Assembly (NCBI GenBank): GCA_943357745.1 | Contig: CALRGN010000002.1 | Location: forward strand, 1 to 36,764 | DNA: 36,764 nucleotides | Direction: 5' to 3' | Source: Candidatus Uhrbacteria bacterium | Lineage (GTDB): Bacteria > Patescibacteriota > Patescibacteriia > UBA9934 | Shown: positions 34,986 to 36,764 of the stretch, piece by piece | Position numbering within the stretch: position 1 is the first letter of the stretch | Layout of the letters: each line of letters begins with the position of its first letter | Notes under the pieces: model-generated | What the model was told of the DNA's origin: nothing | Databases searched by the model: none | The model's input: only the letters and a program-made list of their open reading frames with translations | Translations under genes and position numbers: made by a program

Positions 34986-36197
34986 ATGGCAAAACCCTTC
35001 AGGATCGCAACTCTATCAATAATCGGCGCTCTCTTGAGTTTGGTTTTAAGCATTCCGCTCGGAACTCTAGCAGCCGAGATTGATTTAGACGCTTTAAAAG
35101 ACCAACTTAGATCAAAACAAGCTGAAGTTAATCTGCTAGACACCCGCTTGGCGGAATACAATCAAACCCTAAAAGAACTATCCGGAAAATCGTCAAGCTT
35201 AAGAAATGACATCAATTATTTGGATGGACAGGTGATTGCCCTAGACTTGGATATTCTCACTCTTCAATCTCAACAAGAAGAAAAAGAGTTGAGACTCCGG
35301 GTGTTAGCGCAAGAAAAAATCAAAACTGAACTGCGGTTGGTGAATCAAAAAGAATTACTCAAACGCCTACTAAAAGAGCTGAACGCTAAAGATCAAGGGA
35401 GCGATAATATGCTCACCCACGCTTTGGTAGCACCAGCATTAAACGGTTGGTTGGAAGGCATGGCCCAGTTAGAACAATTTTCTTTGAGTTTAAAAACGGT
35501 CCTTGGTGCCACCAAAGGCGCAAAGGCACAATTAGAACGAGATGCAAATACTCAAACGGTTGCCCTCAATTCACTATTGGAAATTGAACAAGAATTAATC
35601 GTTAAGCAAGATCAACTAGAGCAATCCAAAACTGCCAAAGTAATTCTCCGTTCACAAACCAAAGAATCAGAAAATCAATACACCGTTTTAGTGAGCGAGC
35701 TTCGGTCAGAACAAAGTGCGATTGAATCGGCGCTACAGGCGCTGCAAGATGAAATTCAAAACCGATTGCTGGCCGAGGATGACCAAAATGGCGGCCCCAC
35801 GGTTATCACCTGGCCGGTTGACGGCATCATCACCGCTCTTTTTCATGATCCCGACTACCCCTTTAGAAATCTCTTTGAACATTCCGGATTAGACATTGCC
35901 GTTCCCCAGGGCACGGCGGTGGCTGCCGCCGCTCCCGGAGTGGTGGCTTGGGCCAAGACCGGAAAAATGTACGGGAATTACATCATGATCATCCATGCCA
36001 ATGGGTTGGCCACCTTGTATGCCCATTTATCAAGACTAGATGTCAGCCAAGATCAACTAGTTAAACGCGGGCAAATCATTGGTCTGTCAGGCGGTCGCGC
36101 CGGTTCTGCGGGTGCCGGTTTCTCCACTGGTCCTCATTTGCATTTTGAGGTCCGCCAAGACGGCATCCCTTCCAATCCACTCTCATTTTTACCCTGA
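34986..36197 (+). CDS. M23-family peptidoglycan metalloendopeptidase with an N-terminal coiled coil (EnvC-like architecture, catalytic residues intact)
   Basis: Signal/anchor segment, a ~230-aa heptad-rich Q/E/L region, then HSGLDIAV (HxxxD) and GPHLHFEV (HxH). Confidence 0.8.
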   Translation: MAKPFRIATLSIIGALLSLVLSIPLGTLAAEIDLDALKDQLRSKQAEVNLLDTRLAEYNQTLKELSGKSSSLRNDINYLDGQVIALDLDILTLQSQQEEKELRLRVLAQEKIKTELRLVNQKELLKRLLKELNAKDQGSDNMLTHALVAPALNGWLEGMAQLEQFSLSLKTVLGATKGAKAQLERDANTQTVALNSLLEIEQELIVKQDQLEQSKTAKVILRSQTKESENQYTVLVSELRSEQSAIESALQALQDEIQNRLLAEDDQNGGPTVITWPVDGIITALFHDPDYPFRNLFEHSGLDIAVPQGTAVAAAAPGVVAWAKTGKMYGNYIMIIHANGLATLYAHLSRLDVSQDQLVKRGQIIGLSGGRAGSAGAGFSTGPHLHFEVRQDGIPSNPLSFLP

Positions 36198-36212
36198 AGC
36201 CCGGATGAGGTT

Positions 36213-36221
36213 ATGTTATAA
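36213..36221 (+). promoter_or_regulatory. Extended -10 element (TGtTATAAT)
   Basis: Read directly, 7 nt upstream of ATG 36228. This implies a leaderless or very short-leader transcript. Confidence 0.4.
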
Positions 36222-36227
36222 TCAGCT

Positions 36228-36764
36228 CATGACTGATCGTGGCGTTTTAGATTTAGAAACCCTCACCACTCCAATTCCGTCCGAGTCGGATTCGTTTGAA
36301 GTTGGTGAAATAATCACTCCGGATAGTCCAATTACCGCCGGTGAATCGATTGGTCCCGACCACTCCAGTGCAACCGCGCCCTTTGATTCCGCCACCGCGT
36401 CTATCGGAAAACTAGACACAGAAACAATGCAACCCCCTCCTGTCATAGGCCAACCCCGCTCCGTCTCCTTAGACACACCCACTGATCGCCACAAAAACCT
36501 CATATCTGCTTTTTGCCTTGAGCGCTACAAAACCCTTTATGAACAGTTAGATCCTCCCACTAAAAATAGTTTCAACCAAGCGGGCGATCAGTTTGTCGCT
36601 TGGGTGCTGGCCCATCCCAGCGCCAGCCCCTATCAACTAGAAATGGAAATTCTTAGGTGGCTTCAGACTGCCAACATCACTGATCCCAACTGGCTCCATC
36701 TAGAACAAGTAAACCTAGCCACGGAGATTATCGCCCTCAACACCGCCAAGACAAAAGAGCAAAC
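36228..36764 (+). CDS. Hypothetical protein, 5' partial view (the ORF runs off the window end)
   Basis: 179 codons are open from ATG 36228 to the window end. It is not in the ORF track because no stop is reached. It is preferred over the antisense 93-aa ORF at 36222-36503. Confidence 0.5.

Noticed and set aside
36222-36503. 93-aa minus-strand ORF at the window end
   Set aside because: The opposite strand is open for 179 codons to the window edge and is preceded by an extended -10 element. The minus-strand translation is G/S/V-rich low complexity.
1-36764. Defence islands, CRISPR arrays, prophage or mobile-element signatures
   Set aside because: I saw no repeat-spacer arrays, integrase, transposase or recombinase ORFs, toxin-antitoxin-sized pairs or phage structural genes. 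tRNA-Pro is not flanked by a direct repeat of its 3' end within this window.

Overview
The window is a densely packed, mostly housekeeping bacterial chromosome segment. It uses the standard genetic code with TGA as a stop, and has mid-range GC by eye. Short or overlapping gene junctions and many secreted or cell-envelope proteins are compatible with a reduced, CPR/Patescibacteria-like genome, but that lineage call is inference only. I found no CRISPR array, transposase, integrase or rRNA. Contents in order:
- PP2C phosphatase, a secreted Ig-like protein, and tRNA-Pro(GGG).
- An ORF-free ~335-nt structured region with its own promoter and terminator.
- A DEDD exonuclease, then a class I ribonucleotide reductase in nrdB-nrdA order behind NrdR-box-like palindromes.
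- An FtsI-like PBP, murF, cysS, a TatD-family hydrolase and a Kef-type antiporter.
- The alpha ribosomal operon (infA, rpmJ, rpsM, rpsK, rpsD, rpoA, rplQ) followed by rplM and rpsI.
- A polysaccharide locus with a flippase, a GT4 and a GT2 fused to an O-antigen-ligase-like domain.
- priA-def-fmt on the minus strand, two further minus-strand proteins, ppa and clpB.
- A WecG/TagA domain fused in frame to GluRS, an M23 peptidase, and one partial ORF.

The most unusual items are:
- the unclassified RNA locus at 2760-3131;
- the TagA-GluRS in-frame fusion;
- an RpoA that stops after the N-terminal domain;
- a PriA homolog with degenerate ATPase motifs.
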